From the NCBI GenBank assembly GCA_051294375.1, contig JBJCIZ010000016.1, positions 31,726-95,725 of the forward strand: 64,000 bases of DNA, written 5' to 3'. Under the pieces are notes generated by a model, which did not search any database, was not told the DNA's origin, and was given only the letters and a program-made list of their open reading frames with translations. Both the position numbers and the translations under genes were made by a program. The stretch's first letter is position 1. Each line of letters begins with the position of its first letter. Of this stretch, positions 62,551 through 64,000 are shown one piece after another. Source of the DNA: Paraspadella gotoi. Its lineage: Eukaryota > Animalia > Chaetognatha.

Positions 62551-64000
62551 CATGATTGCTGATTCAGTTTGCTATTTAAATTAATTTCTTCGGCCGATAG
62601 CAATACTCAACTTTCCCGATTTTTAGGCCAATAAATGATCGAAGTGTTAAATTTTTTTCATTTTCAAATTTAAGCGTGCCAACGACAATGAGATTGTAAC
62701 CATGACAGGTATATTTTACTGTGTATATAGAAATTAATTATTGTAATTTGACAGTTTTTAATGACAGCGGAATTGGATGTCGGAAATAGAGACGAAATGG
62801 CTTTTGAGATCAGTTTTTTTGCCACAATACACTTTTTATTATTTCTTAATTATTTAATTGAAAATTCTCATTTCTCTACTCTCCTATGCTTCGCCTCTTA
62901 TCTCTGCTCGGCTGTTTCATCTCTCTTCTCTGCTCTCTTCTCTCTCTCTCTCCTCCTCTCTCTCTCTCCTCCTCCGATCCTCTCTCCTCTCCTTTCTGAC
63001 TCTTTCTCTCTTCTCCAATTATCGATAGATACGATTCTTTTAATTAGCTCGGCTCACAACTATCTCAGTAAAAGTGCCATCTGTCTCTCGTCGTCGTCCG
63101 AGTCGTCGTCGTCTCGTCGGGTCTCTTAAAATCCGCGTTAAGGAAACCCGTTATCTAAATAGAAATTTGAGTTTTGAAAAAAAAAAAAATTTTTTTTTAA
63201 ATCCGGATAATCCTTGTCTCGCAAAAAATGCACAACAGCCACGTATTGTTTAAGTCTGTTTTTATTCTGTGGATGGAATCCTAACATCGTCTTTGTTCTC
63301 TAAGTTGATACGGTGTGTGTTTCCTCGCCTCTAGCCAATGGATTTGGCTGCCCAAGGATGGCCGATTGTACTTGTGGAGTGCTTTGTGTGATTTATTACC
63401 GCCACAATAGTTATTATTTTTAACATTGTATTAACCACAGATTTATCCAAAACAATAATTACCTAATCTGACATAATTTTTCAGTCAGCGCTCTACGTTC
63501 GTTTCTGAAAACGCGGCCCGCGCCATATTAGGAGGTCGTGTCGTGTTCCTGAGGATTTGAGGTTGACTCGTGAATATACCCCGAATTCGAATATCGACAT
63601 GGTGGCGAAGTCGACGTTTTTGCGGGTATTTAGGTAGAGAGTGGATGGTTATATAGGGAAGTGGTAAGGTGATAGTGGATATGGACATGAGTGGGGTTGT
63701 ATATTTGAGGGGTTTAGGGATTGGTAATTTAACTTTGAGAGTATTCGTATGGGTCATCGGATGTGAATTGCTACCGATGACTTTAATTTTTTTTCTTTTT
63801 TTTATATTTGGATGTGGTGAAAGGTACGATGGGCGACTCTGTGGAAGAGTGGTGGTCTGTCTGGTCGTCGAAGTATGAGCCCTTAGCGACGTCGTCGACC
63901 GGAGCCTACAAAACTAAATATGTCGTGGTTGAGTTACCTTTTTTTTTTGCTCATCTAGATGACGTTGTCTGATGGTTTTTTAAATTAATACAACGTTATA

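Noticed and set aside
62930-63015. 122-aa Leu/Ser-rich ORF
   Set aside because: Driven by a CT-rich low-complexity tract.
63485-63757. ORF with LPLPYI resembling a Penelope RT-endonuclease linker
   Set aside because: Only one weak motif, low-complexity composition, and no RT or GIY-YIG motifs nearby.

Overview
AT-rich, repeat-dense eukaryotic DNA, most likely from an invertebrate animal (GT-AG introns, BEL/Pao and Gypsy remnants, Penelope-type hammerheads). It has four N-gaps and stretches with heavy indel noise. The only intact gene is a minus-strand, six-exon gene (16986 to 1201, about 1574 aa by my manual splice model). It joins a C2H2-like zinc finger, an OTU-like cysteine protease and a C-terminal tyrosine recombinase of the Crypton type. 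Its last intron (5168-15325) is filled by a 22-bp satellite with higher-order repeats, arranged as a palindrome with arms of about 3.3 kb. The rest of the window is mobile DNA. It includes Helentron-type HINEs, five minimal type I hammerhead ribozymes in Penelope-like inverted repeats, a Gypsy integrase remnant and a decayed chuvirus-like envelope gene. It also holds a solo LTR, two copies of a tRNA-derived SINE with a four-way-junction tail, MITEs and further satellites. A very long BEL/Pao element (three LTR copies) has a long post-integrase region interrupted by a 5.2-kb TTAA-flanked TIR transposon. All family assignments come from reading motifs by eye, with no database searches.
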